DNA of 63,488 nucleotides, counting the filler, from Octopus bimaculoides (lineage: Eukaryota): the NCBI RefSeq assembly GCF_001194135.2. It is 4 parts of 2 records of this genome, joined end to end, with 100 filler letters (N's around TTAATTAATTAA, not from the genome) between each part and the next. Parts side by side here need not be neighbours in the genome. Positions count along the whole stretch, not along the records: positions 1 to 26,332 come from NC_068987.1; 3 more parts are not named here. One strand, written 5' to 3'. The first letter of the stretch is position 1; every line of letters starts with the position of its first letter. Positions 13,424-25,980 of the stretch are shown piece by piece. The notes under the pieces were generated by a model that saw only the letters and a program-made list of their open reading frames with translations, ran no database searches and had not been told where the DNA came from. The translations under genes were made by a program, and so were the position numbers.

Positions 13424-13571
13424 AAATCTCTGAAGAAGCCTAATGAATCATGCATGTACCCCATTGCATACTTTTCATCTACCAATTACTTCAGCTTACT
13501 GGAGTTATATAGATAGAATATAGATATAGAATGGGACATGCCAACGCTAGTCCGAAACAGCTGTAAGATTT
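13424..13571 (+). ncRNA. Type I hammerhead ribozyme-like motif (Penelope-type) with a long stem II insert
   Basis: Stem I AAATCT (13424-29) / AGATTT (13566-71); CTGAAGA (13430-36); GAA-ACAGCTGT-A (13554-65) with palindromic stem III and a GUA cleavage triplet. The 117-nt stem II region has inner pairing gcatgtaccccatt/aatgggacatgc, but its base is degenerate. Confidence 0.65.
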
Positions 13572-13759
13572 TGTCCCTTCTTCGGTCGCTAGATGTCCTT
13601 TTGAATTTCAAATTTTCATTGTTGATATGACATAGTGTGTCATATGGGTTTGTATACTGTTTTTATTGTCCTGTTGGTTGAAAAATAAACGGATTAATTA
13701 TCGGAGTACAGTGTATGCAAGTTGATGATTACCTCATATTCCCCTCCATTTTCTTATTG

Positions 13760-13820
<61 letters not shown>

Positions 13821-14355
13821 GAATAATAAGAAATGGAGCAAAATGCATATAATCAAGGCAAATGAAAGACCGAAGATGGAACACACGACAATTTATTATT
13901 AATCACGACTATTGTATCCTCACATCTAGCATTGATCCGTCATGGATTAGACGCTCTAAATTATTTTAGGAGCTGATGTATCTCGCCGGGTGATAGATAA
14001 ATACAACTCGTTACAATAACAGTTCCGCAATGTAACTTCTCATTTTATAGAAAGCAAAGCAGCCAGACGGAGGAAATATCTTCATCTATATAGATCAAAA
14101 ATAAAATTACAGGCGGAAAAAGAGAAACGGAGGTGCAATCAAGCGACGAAAGTATACAAATAACCGTTTACAAATAGGGTAAGCTGCATGGCACGAGTAT
14201 AATCGCTCATAGAAGCATCCGCGAAAACGTGAGTACACGCACACGTGAGGTTTGGTGCACTCATGATCACAAAACTATCTACTCGGTGTTTCTAAGAATG
14301 AGGAGGTTAAAAGTAAACTTAAGTCATCCATAAATAAATTAAATTATATTTACAG

Positions 14356-14438
14356 TTACTCAAAATTCATTCCTGCAGCATTGCTCGAAAGTACAATTAT
14401 ATGCGTGTAGACATCACGGGAGTCTTCAGAAATTCTAT
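14356..14438 (+). CDS. Candidate exon (TQNSFLQHCSKVQLYACRHHGSLQKFY in the phase 1-to-0 frame)
   Basis: Acceptor ttatatttacag|, weaker donor AT|gtatat. Two frames are open. Confidence 0.33.
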
Positions 14439-14463
14439 GTATATAATTATATTTATATTCATG

Positions 14464-14494
<31 letters not shown>

Positions 14495-15269
14495 TTGCGT
14501 GTGTGTGTGCGTGCTTGTGTATGCATATACACATATACGCACGCACACATGCACATACGTACGAATATACATGTATACGTGCATACACAGCAATTTATAT
14601 ATCTTTGCTGATATGCGTACCTTGGTTGATGTGTTCTTTCTAATATATGTCAAGTGCAGAGAGGAAGACCACGTAATATATAATAGTGGAAATTCCTACT
14701 TAAGCTCTTGATTATGTACATATATCTTTTCACCACTTTCATTTAGCGATGAAAGGTGTATATATGGTTCATATGTACGCGTTTGCTTTGTTTGTGTATA
14801 CATAATGAATTTATTATTATATATCATATTTACATTGTATATTTTTTTAAATTTAGGTACACCGAAATTTTTAATGATTGAGTACGTCAATTATTATAAT
14901 CAAGATCCATACAGTAATTAATACTATAATTGTATTTGCTAACATATATTTATGATTGAATATAATAAGAAACACATTTGGTATGGGATTTTTAAGTGCA
15001 ACCAATAAGTAAACTCCGAAGTACTTGTTTTCTTTGTTAATTCGTAGGAGTGATGTACAATGTCTCCTTCCCATGATAGTAGATTCACGAAACCAGTTGA
15101 GCGTAATTTGTGTATCTATGATATGCGAAATCCCGAAACATACCAAACCGGTAACGTCAGTGGCTGAACTCCATTTATCATAAATATCAACTATGAGATA
15201 TTTTTACTTTCACTTAATAACAATGGCAAATACCCTAACGGATTAGTAAATTACGTATCGTCCCATTTA

Positions 15270-16541
15270 TCAGGTTATCCCGTAAGTTCTGTCCGAATTT
15301 TGAATAAAGATAACAAGTGATCAAATGTTATATTTAATTGAAATTTAGTAATGTACTTTCCTTGATTATCTATGACTTCCATCCATCTATTTACAAGCTT
15401 TTTAATCCCATCAATGTAAAACTCTTTTGGTTTCAAAGCGAAGAACTGTATGCATGTTTCGGCCTCGTCCCGGATTGCGAGAGTTATGTCCCCCAAATGA
15501 TTCTGTAAACTACGAAACAAATGGTAGTCTGAAGGAGCAATTCGGGAAAATAAAGTGGATGAGGAAGTTTTTCCCAACCAAGCTCTTCGATCTTCTGTGA
15601 TGTGATATTTGCAGTGTGGGGTCGCTCAATTTCCTAATCAAACATCACTCCTTTTCGATTCACTAAAGCGGGTGTTTTTTTCTTCAAAGCTTGGTTCAAA
15701 CGCTCTGATTGCTGACAGTAGACTTGAGCATTGATTGTTGCATTAGGTGGTAACTGTTCAAAGTAAATTACTCCTTTGCAATCCCACCAGATAGAGCGAA
15801 GAAACTTTTCCCCATGAAGTTTCCTTCTCGGTCGTGGTTGAGCTTTTTCCTTTTAGCAAGCCACTGTTTACAACGTTTAACATTTCGATAGAAGATCCAT
15901 TTTTCGTCACCAGTCACAAGTCTATCCAAAAAGGGTGAAATGTGTTCGTGAGAATGGACAGAAGAGCAGATGTCAACTCTGGATTTGCGGTTGCTTTCGG
16001 ACAATTCATGAGGCACTCATTTTCCGAGTTTAGGAACCTTTCCAATTTGTTGAAGATGACGATAAACAGTTGGATAGTTTGAACTAAGCTTTATTGCCAA
16101 TTCTTCAACTGATAATGCAGGATTTTCTTCAAGTAATGCCTCAAGGAGCTTATCATAAAACTCAACTGGACGTCCGATTCGATCTTCCTCTTGAAGGCTG
16201 AAATCTCCGCTTCTGTATTTTGCAAACCATCTTCTGAAAATTCTTTCATTCAAGCATTATTTCCTATAAACTGAGTGTATGTTTCGAGTCGCTTACAGAG
16301 TTTCCTTTTTGTACTCATAAAGCATTATGTGGCTCAAATGCTCTTTGGATACTTCCATGCTAGAAAGGCTTTTAATCAAAGAAATTTTAATTCTGTTATT
16401 CTGTAAAATATTTGATTAGTTTAAATGTACACAAATGCATAAAAATAATTTTAAATTCTACTAGACGTTCTAAAATACTATTAAATTTCATTCAATTTTT
16501 AAAAAAAGGTAAAATCGGACAGAACGTATGGGATGACCTGA
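15270..16541 (-). mobile_element. Full-length degenerate mariner (DD34D-type) transposon
   Basis: TA-flanked ~30 bp TIRs (TCAGGTTATCCCGTAAGTTCTGTCCGAATTT / TCAGGTCATCCCATACGTTCTGTCCGATTTT). Broken transposase with FRRWFAKYRSGDFSLQ, VPHELS, LVTGDEKWIFY and IAPSDYHLFRSLQNHL. Length 1272 bp. Confidence 0.95.
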
Positions 16542-17054
16542 TACTTTACTATTATCCATCGTTTGGTAAAGACGGATTAAACTGACGCATTTTTTATTCC
16601 CTCATTCTAAAAGCTGGGATATAACTCTAATTCATTTTCAATACGATATTTTACACATCACAAACTTCTTCCAAGTTATCGGTATCTGTAAAAGGATTGC
16701 TTTGTAATTAACTCAGACAAGGTAAGATCTAACATATACTGCTTAGTGTGTCAAGAACCTTGATTGCTTGGGAACTCTGTGATTACCTGCGTTCAAAATA
16801 TATCGTAATATCTTAACATACTTCAAGGTATGAAGTGGAAATGTATGAACAGCAAACAGAAGACATTACTGAAATACAATAACTCTTGAAATTTTTGGAA
16901 AATACACATACGCATGCGTATGCGCACACGCACAAACACAGTATACAAATATAATCCATTCTTACATATACATATATTTATGTATAAATATATATATATC
17001 TATATCTAAATTTTAATAATAAGATTAAAAATTGATATTTATTTGATTAATAAC

Positions 17055-17817
17055 AATTTAAACCAATGGCCTAGCATATTGAAAAAATCTGAAGATTGAG
17101 AAAAATTATATTACATACGTATAAGAGGGATCACCACTAGGTGGACATCAAATATGCTAAATGTAGACCCCATAAGATTTGACCATTAAGAAAAAATTGT
17201 ATTCAAGAAAATTTCGGCAAATGCCAGAACGTAAGCGAGCAACACAAATGAAAAGATACAAAATAAAATGATTAATCATATACCAGATTTCATTGTTACC
17301 ATTTTCATATTTACATATGTAAATGACCGCAATTCATCAATGCGACCGTCATAGAAAATATAGATTGCAGAACTATACACGAGACGTCCACATGAAAGTG
17401 AACATGCATACAGTTCTGTCAATTATTTTCTGCATCGAAGCCTGCCGGTTAGAGAACATGGTTATTTAAAATTTAAATAATAGGGTTAAAAATTTGATAT
17501 TAATTGAATTAATAGCAATTTAAACCAGTGGCTTAGCATATTGAAAAAATATGAAGATTCAGAAAAATTGTATTACATACATATAAGAGGGATCACCAGT
17601 AGGTGGACATCCAATATGCTAAATGTAGATCCGATATGATCTGACTACGAAGAAAAACTTGTTCTCAGGCAACTTTTTTTCTTAGTGATCAGACCATATG
17701 GGTGTTAACATTTAGCATATTGCATGGCCACCTAGTGGTAATCCCTCTTATATGTATGTAATATAATTTTTCTGAATCTTCACATTTTTTTAATATGCTA
17801 GGCCACTGGTTTAAATT
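17055..17817. repeat. Three copies of a ~141-bp unit: 17055-17196 (+), 17517-17657 (+), 17676-17817 (-)
   Basis: Copies 2 and 3 form a tail-to-tail hairpin with an 18-nt spacer. Confidence 0.9.
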
Positions 17818-18291
17818 TATATTAATCACATATATTTTTTATATATGAGCAGAAGACACTAATCCAATATTTGTAGAGATGTGGTAACACTATTTTCGTT
17901 ATCATTTTAATCGTATCGAACCTTGTGCCTTTTAACCGTACGCTTGAAACAATGACTGGTGTTTGAGCAAGATCCGGCCTCTATTTAGGAGTTCCTTTAA
18001 AATCGTAACTGCTTCAATTTTATAGGAAAATAATCGCAATGGAATAAATTGAATTCAAAATGAAACTGGTAATGATTTCCTTACATTCGAAGTGAATAGA
18101 GCTAAAACTTTCTTGTTGTATCTGCCTTAACTATGATAACAGATGTAACTCCTTGTATGTGAAGCATTTCATTTTACGTAGACGTACAATGTCAAGTACA
18201 GAAGACTTGGGAAAATAACATTTTGATTTCAATCCCGCTCCTGATCATGTCCCAAAATAAATATATGAAATACCACAGTCCTTATGTGTTA

Positions 18292-18647
18292 GGCGAAGTC
18301 GTGGCTGTGATAAAGTTCTTGCTTCCCAACCACATGGTTCCGGGTTCAGTCCCACAGCGTGTCACCTTCCGCAAGTGTCTTCTACTTTAGCCTAGATCTG
18401 ACCATAGCATTGTGAGTGGATTTCGTAGCGGGGAACTGAAAGAAGACCGTCGTATATATATATACGACGGTTGACAACCGAGGTTGGTGTGTTTACATCC
18501 CCGTAACTTAGCGATTCGACAAAAGTGAACGATAGGATAAGTACCAGGCTTACAAACAATAAGTCCTGGGGTCGATTTGCTCGACTAAAGGCAGTGTTCC
18601 AGCATGACCGTAGTCATATGACTGAAACAAGTAAAAGAACAAAAGAA
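18292..18647 (+). mobile_element. SINE family A (bipartite, microsatellite linker), near full length
   Basis: tRNA-like head gtggctgtg..ccgggttcagtccc, linker (TA)n, second half ttgacaaccg..gtaacttagcg..ctggggtcgat..gactgaaacaagtaaaag. Confidence 0.88.
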
Positions 18648-20507
18648 AACATCTACTGTTGATGACAAAACCATATGACTTTTTGTCTTAAAATCTGTAT
18701 TCATGCCACTGCAAACACTAAATATATAGCAGTAATAAATTTCTTACATATTAGTCAGATATTTACATCCCAATAGTGCCAATACTATCATCTTTTCAAA
18801 AGTCATTCAATTTCTTGTACACTAAACAATGAAATCTGCTGAATATCGTAGTTAATAAACAAGTTGTCTAAGTTACAGATACTTTTTCTTTTTTGTTGAA
18901 GATCATTCAAACACATGAAACCGATTTATCACCTGTGCTCATCCAGATTCGTTGAATAAATACAATATCACTATCCTGAACTTAATATTTACCTTCTGAT
19001 TCCTTGCTACACATTAAGAGTTCCTCAGTGAAACAATACTCATGTCTCTTCGAACACATCGTTTTCTTTTTTCTTTTCTATTTATCTAATATCTCGGAAA
19101 TTAAAATTTGTATTTTACATGATATGGGAAAAGTGTATCAGTTCATCAAGAGGGCATGAACATTAATTTAAATCATTATTTTAGGACAACAAAGAAAAAG
19201 TAAAACGAAAGTAGCATGGAATTTCATTGGCAGTAAATATCTCTATAATAACACCGACGCTACAAAAGAAAAGAAAAAAAAAGAATATAGCAAAGTATAA
19301 ACTCTTCAGAAAGATATATACGGAATAAATCAAATGAGAAAAAAATAGTCTTAATTAAACTTTTGTGAATAATTAATGTGTTTCTGGTTATCAGAGATAA
19401 AACCTTGAGTTATGATTATTTTTCTATATTTTAATACAACCACTAAATTATTTTTTATACGTATTCAAATAATATTTATATGCATATAAATATATATATA
19501 TTTTCTAAGTATGCAACATGATGAAAATACAGTGTCCTTCTACAGTTGTATTTATAGTGCAATAATAGCATATGAACAAAGGGTTACATTTAAATTTAGT
19601 TCGAGTAATTAGAATGTTCACCCTTTACTTACTTGTTAGAATGTTATGGAGAAAGGATAAATAGGCCTTTATAATCGAATAGTATTTTCCTTTAATCAAA
19701 GGTTTAATTCGTAGGAACATGACTATAAATAGGCTTTTGCGTCAGTATCGATTTTCATTGGATTCTTTTTCGGCCATAATCCTTGAAATCAGATGCTATG
19801 GCGCAGTATTATTACGACGGACTTTATCTGTAGCACATAATTTACATGGCCCATCAACAGAAGCCATCAAGGTATCACTCTTTCTGCTAGACGTAGTAGT
19901 CATATTTCTGTTAAATTCAACTTTTATTTAACAAGAATTATGAAAGACTATATTTGAGAGCATATTGTTAAATACACGATGGCTGAAGAAATCCCTATTT
20001 GTCATGCCTAGAACGTTCCTCACCATAGCTTTATTTAATGCTAATAGACATATGTCTCACCAGCAGCTTTAAGAGTTCAATTCAAAAGATAAAGCTTCTA
20101 GATGTTTCATAGACCTGCCAGAAATAACAGGCAAAATACATCAAATCACATAATGCAAATTTAAATATAGGAATGAAACACGAAGTAACATAATACGCGT
20201 GGTCAGAAATTGGATGCTTTCTATAATATATATTCAGTCCTGGCCTACACAAAATTATTATCTACAGAGATGGAATGGATTGATATCGACCGGAAATCGA
20301 TTCATTTCTATGATATTCAACATTATTTTTTAATGTATTCTCTTCATGGAATCTCTAGATACTGAGGTAAATTCGAAACACATTCTGTAATGAAAAAATT
20401 CTCAGCAGCATTCAATCGACTAGCATTAATAGGGCTATGTGACAGAAAGCCTTCTCTCATCAGTGTTTGTTTTAATAATAAAAAGGACCAATATATTCTT
20501 TTGTTAT

Positions 20508-20717
20508 TTTACTCTTTTACATGTTTCCGCCATTTGACTGCAACCATGCTAGAGCATCACCTTTTTTCGAATAAAGCGAACCATGGACCTATTCTTTGAA
20601 AGCCTAGTACTTATTCTATCAAACCATTTTGCCGAACCGCTAAGTTACGGGAACGTAAACATACCACAAACGGTTGTCAAGCGATAGTGGTGGGGGGACA
20701 AATACAGACACAAAAAT

Positions 20718-20748
<31 letters not shown>

Positions 20749-20895
20749 TGTACGACTGGCTTCTTTCAGTTTGCGTCTACCGACCTTTGGTCGGCCCAAA
20801 CCTATAGTAGAAAACACTTGCCCAAGGTGCCACTCCAAGGAACTGAATCTGGAACCATGTGGTTGGGAAGAAAACCTTTTACCACACAGGCACAC
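20508..20895 (-). mobile_element. SINE family A
   Basis: Reverse complement of the 18292 family with a (CA)n linker. Confidence 0.85.
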
Positions 20896-21204
20896 TGGCG
20901 ACTGTATGTAGACAATAAGTTAAAACTTTCCAAATACAATAATCCAGAAATTAACCGCGGGTGTTTGAACTCAGATTGTGAAGAGCTAGAATTAATACGA
21001 CACACAAGACTCTGTAATCTTACTGCCAATAATGATTTCCAATAGCCGCAAAAGGCCAGAAGTGTGAAGTGACCGGGTGTTTAACGGCTACTTTATGTCA
21101 ACGAATTTATTTCGATGAAATTCAAAGTTTAAGTTCAATGTAGTTTCTACTCAGAGCGTTGTCTTCGGTCTCAGCATTCTATCAATCCTTGCCCTTATGT
21201 ATAA

Positions 21205-21512
21205 GACCTGAGAGCTGGGATCGCTAAGATGTGTCAGCTACGAGAGTCAAACATAATGGTTATCCCTGTTGTCTTCGGAGCATTGGGTTCAATACCATCT
21301 AATCTGAAGAAAACAAAATAACATCTGAAACCCTTAGATATGCTCTACAATCTAGATATATTGCAAAAGTCAGCATTACTTAGGACTGCACACATATTGC
21401 GTAAAGTAGCGTTTGTCTGAGGTATTTTGTGACATGACACACAGCACAACCCCCGGTAGACAGAATATCTTCAATCAGCAACCTCACGATATTGCATACT
21501 GTGGGACGTCTA
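21205..21512 (+). mobile_element. R4/Dong-like RLE non-LTR retrotransposon 3' fragment (subfamily 1)
   Basis: DLRAGIAKMCQL..VIPVVFGALGSIP..LQKSALLRTAHILRKV*, then a 3' UTR ending in (TAA)n. Confidence 0.8.
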
Positions 21513-21589
21513 TAATAATAACAATAACAACAACAACAAATGTAATAATAATATTAATATTAACAATAATAATATCAATGATGATGATG

Positions 21590-21683
<94 letters not shown>

Positions 21684-21696
21684 TAATAATAATAAT
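21513..21696. repeat. (TAA)n microsatellite between LINE insertions
   Basis: Direct inspection. Confidence 0.98.
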
Positions 21697-22890
21697 AGAA
21701 GAGTTCGAGCAGTTCTGAAGTCTGAGCTGAATGCTTATAATAGGGTGTTAGCCATAAATTCCTTAGCAGTCCCAGTTGTTCTGTATAGCTTCAATGTGCT
21801 TAACTGGAATACCAGTGAAATAGTCAGAATTGATAGAAAAATCCGCAAGCTACTGACTTGTAATAAGATGCACCATCCAAAGGCAGACGTGGATCGTCTT
21901 TACCTCCCCAGAGCTCAGGGAGGTCGAGGCTTGATCCAGCTTGAACTTACGTACAAAACCACCACAATCGGACTGGCCAAATACCTTGAAACAACCAACG
22001 ATTGGATGCTGAAACTTGTTGAAAAACATGAAAGACCGAAAAGACTTCACTCTATTCTGAAAGAGAGCAAAAAATTCGCTACCGAACTCTTAGATACCCA
22101 CCAGCTTGATCAGGTTGAAGNNNNNNNNNNNNNNNNNNNNNNNNNNNNNNNNNNNNNNNNNNNNNNNNNNNNNNNNNNNNNNNNNNNNNNNNNNNNNNNN
22201 NNNNNNNNNNNNNNNNNNNNNNNNNNNNNNNNNNNNNNNNNNNNNNNNNNNNNNNNNNNNNNNNNNNNNNNNNNNNNNNNNNNNNNNNNNNNNNNNNNNN
22301 NNNNNNNNNNNNNNNNNNNNNNNNNNNNNNNNNNNNNNNNNNNNNNNNNNNNNNNNNNNNNNNNNNNNNNNNNNNNNNNNNNNNNNNNNNNNNNNNNNNN
22401 NNNNNNNNNNNNNNNNNNNNNNNNNNNNNNNNNNNNNNNNNNNNNNNNNNNNNNNNNNNNNNNNNNNNNNNNNNNNNNNNNNNNNNNNNNNNNNNNNNNN
22501 NNNNNNNNNNNNNNNNNNNNNNNNNNNNNNNNNNNACTTGCTAATAGAAATTGAAAAAATGTGGCACCTCAAGGCGACTACCATACCAGTGATTGTAGGA
22601 TCTCTAGGAATGATAAAAAAAGGTACTGAAATCTATTTGAAAATGATACCAGGCTTACCATCTCTACAGGAGGTGCAACAAATCGTGCTAACTGGAACGA
22701 CTCATGTATTAGGAAGAGCATTGTCGCTGTGAAAACAACATCCATTCATGATATTTTTTTCTTAAATACATGTTTTACCTATGAATTTGCGTGTGTAAAT
22801 TGGGAATGCATACAACGTTTCTCTGCCCTAGGTGTACGGAAAACACTCGGCGAGAAATGGGAAAAAATTTGAAGAAAGAAGAAAAAAAAC
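21697..22890 (+). mobile_element. R4/Dong-like 5'-truncated LINE (subfamily 2), post-RT region to RLE C-terminus
   Basis: Starts directly after (TAA)n: RRVRAVLKSELNAYNRVLAINSLAVPVV..MHHPKADVDRLYLPRAQGGRGL, N gap, LIEIEKMWHLKATTIPVIVGSLG..GTTHVLGRALSL*. Ends at a TAA-like tract. Confidence 0.9.
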
Positions 22891-22934
22891 ATAATAATAT
22901 TAATAATAATAATATTATTAATAATAATAATATT

Positions 22935-23785
22935 CACAGACACGACAGAGCTGGAACCTATATACACTGGAAGCTATGGCAACACTATAGAATAACAGCA
23001 GAAAAAAGATGGTATAAACACACGCCAGAAAAGGTCACAGAAAACGAGAAAGCTACCATACTCTGGGATATGCCAATACACAGATAGAGAAATTAAGGCA
23101 AATAGACCAGATATAATTGTCAAAGATCATGAAGAAAAAAAAATGCTTTCTAATTGATGTATCAATACCAGCAGATGACAACGTTTCCCTAAAAGAAATG
23201 GAAAAACTTTCAAAATACAAAGACCTGGAAATAGAGGTAACTCGAATGTTGAATCTAAAAACAGAAACAATCCCTATCATAGTAGGTGCCTTAGGTATAA
23301 TAAAAAAAAAATATTCACACAAATACATAACAAAACCACCAGGACTTACAAATGTATATACCATACAGAAAATTGCACTACTGGGCACTGCANNNNNNNN
23401 NNATGCTTTCTAATTGATGTATCAATACCAGCAGATGACAACGTTTCCCTAAAAGAAATGGAAAAACTTTCAAAATACAAAGACCTGGAAATAGAGGTAA
23501 CTCGAATGTTGAATCTAAAAACAGAAACAATCCCTATCATAGTAGGTGCCTTAGGTATAATAAAAAAAAAATATTCACACAAATACATAACAAAACCACC
23601 AGGACTTACAAATGTATATACCATACAGAAAATTGCACTACTGGGCACTGCACACATCCTACGCAAAACAGTTTCAATACAGTAACCATAAGAGCATCAC
23701 AGCAAACCACAGCACATACCCAAGGCGCACAGAGCTGTGCTCGGTAGTGAAGTGAAAGCACGTTATAAAAATAAAACTACTGAAC
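22935..23785 (+). mobile_element. R4/Dong-like 5'-truncated LINE (subfamily 3), RLE domain plus 3' UTR
   Basis: RHDRAGTYIHW..ILWDMPI..RPDIIV..LIDVSIP..KLSKYKDLE..IALLGTAHILRKTVSIQ*, followed by (TAA)n. 23403-23652 repeats 23143-23392 across a 10-N gap (likely assembly overlap). Confidence 0.92.
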
Positions 23786-24229
23786 ATTAATAATAATAAT
23801 AATAACAGTAATAATAACAACACAATTAAATGCACGATAAAAAAATTAAGGAAATATACACCAACAAATGTATACATACTGCACAACTACAAAACTGTAA
23901 ACCACAGCAAAACTTTTAAAAAGAAAGAAAAATTCCAAAAGTAATAGAAAAAGAAATTCAGAAATTCAAAATTCCAGGTGAACATCTCTTCAAAAATTCA
24001 AAAATTCAAGTGAAAATCTCTTCCTGATACTATTCCGAAATACTGGAATATCTACAATTTCCTGTGAAAATTTAAAATCTGCTTCAAAATAAAATAAGTG
24101 AGGAAACTTACATACCTAAAGCTTTCGAACACAAAAACGATCAGCTTTAAAGAAGAAAAAAACTTTTAATATCTACAACTACTGTGAATACCTAACCATT
24201 CCTTTCTCCCTGAGTATTCGAAAATGTAA

Positions 24230-25957
24230 ACACCATCCGCTTTTTATTCTCTGCTACTTCATATTGGTATGTACCGCATAAAAGCAACTAAAGATACACA
24301 CACTATGTCCTGGCAGTGCTTCTATTCGTTTTGTGCAAGAACCCCGCAATAACTTCTCAAGTGGGTCACATTTTCTACACTCTTTCCACAGAGTCTGCAA
24401 TTCTGGGTGTCAGGCGTTTTATAGTAGTTATACTTCACTGAATTGGTAGCTAGAGCCTGGTCTTGTGTAGCAATGATCAGGCTATCGGTAGTACGCTTCA
24501 AAACACTTCGCTCAAGCCATGCCTACGATTCTATATTATCCTTAAGCCCTTGCATATTCCTTTCAAACTGTCCATGCATTCTCATTTCAAGAGGGTCTTC
24601 TTTTCTTTTCTCCTCAGCTCTATATCTGACCACCGCAACCGCCCAGATATTCATTGCGGTAATCAGATTTTTGGCATTCATATTGAATTTCAACACCACT
24701 TTCACCCTTTTTTGATACGACTCGCTGATTTTGACTTGCATTTCTCTGTGTTGAATGTCATCCAGTTCCAAAATCCCTAACTATCTATACCCACTACCGA
24801 CGGGTCCCCCCCCCATGAGCTCTCCTGATGGTAACCGCAATCCTCTTCAGGCTGCTTTCTTCCCTTTTTTTCATATTAAGTACTCAGCATTTAGTAACCC
24901 CAAATTCCATACCGATGTCCTTACCACTCTTCTGGAGTGTTTTGGCTAAGTCTGTTTTTTAAATTTCCCAAACAATTTCAGGTCATCCATAAACAGAAGA
25001 TGGTTCAATGATAGGCCTTCCTTCCTACATCGGTAAACCATCTTAACTTTCCTAAGTGTCATTGTTATGGGTATTAGCGAAATTACAAACAATAACGTGA
25101 AAACGTGTCAACTTGGAAGATTCCCCTTTTAATATTAACTTCTCCAAGGAATACATTACTTGAGTATAATTTGCATCAGAAAATTTGTAATGTTGTCAGC
25201 AACACAAAACACCTGCAAGCATTCAGCGATCTAAAAATGAAGCACCATATCATATACCCTCTTAAAGTCAATCCAAGCCATAGACATGTTGTATGATGTT
25301 TTTTACAATGCCTCAAAATTGTTTTATCGATGACCAGGTGATCCTTGATACCCTGAGAACTCTTCCTACATCCTTTTTGTTCCTTTGGTAATATTTCTTC
25401 CTGTGCCAGGAAAGTCGATGTCTTTGCCGCACATATTCCAGTGAGTATCTTCCAGATTATGTTTAGGCATGCTATGGGACATACGTTTCCCACAATATTC
25501 CATTTCTTCTCTTTCATTAGTGTTGTCCTCCCAGTCACCATCCATGCGGGGACTGTACGTTTCTGGACACATTCATCCTATTGAGCTGCTAGTCTTCCAT
25601 GCCCCGCGTGACATCTCATCAGCCAGAATCCATGAATCCTATCTGGTCCGGAGGCTTTATAGTTAGGCACTTTACCCACTTGTTCTTTCACATCACCTGT
25701 GCTTATAACAATATTCCTTTGTTTCTTTCCTACTTGTAATTCTGTCTTGATATTTCCTATCCACATTGCATCCATTTTATGCACCACATTGTTTCCCCAT
25801 AATCCTCTCCAGAACTCCTTGGCTTGATTTGCATCAGGAGCAACATATTCCGCATCGCATCGTTCTAACATTTGGAAGAGCTTCTTCGGGTTATTTTTGA
25901 ACAATCTGTTCTCCCCAAACTGCTTATTTCTGTTCACATTGGACAATCTTTTCTCCA
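24230..25957 (-). mobile_element. R4/Dong-like degenerate LINE with RT and CCHC knuckle (subfamily 4)
   Basis: Begins right after (TAA)n. Motifs ASGPDRIHGFW, PIACLNIIWKILTGI, EQKGCRK..DHL, RGIFQ, LLFMDDLKLF and CRLCGKSVENVTHLRSYC (CX2CX8HX4C), with an internal deletion after VVRY. Confidence 0.9.
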
Positions 25958-25980
25958 TTATTGTTATTATTATTATTATT

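Noticed and set aside
19633-19908. Minus-strand segment with AG acceptor and strong GTAAGT donor
   Set aside because: All three frames contain stops; could be a UTR or lncRNA exon, but unsupported.
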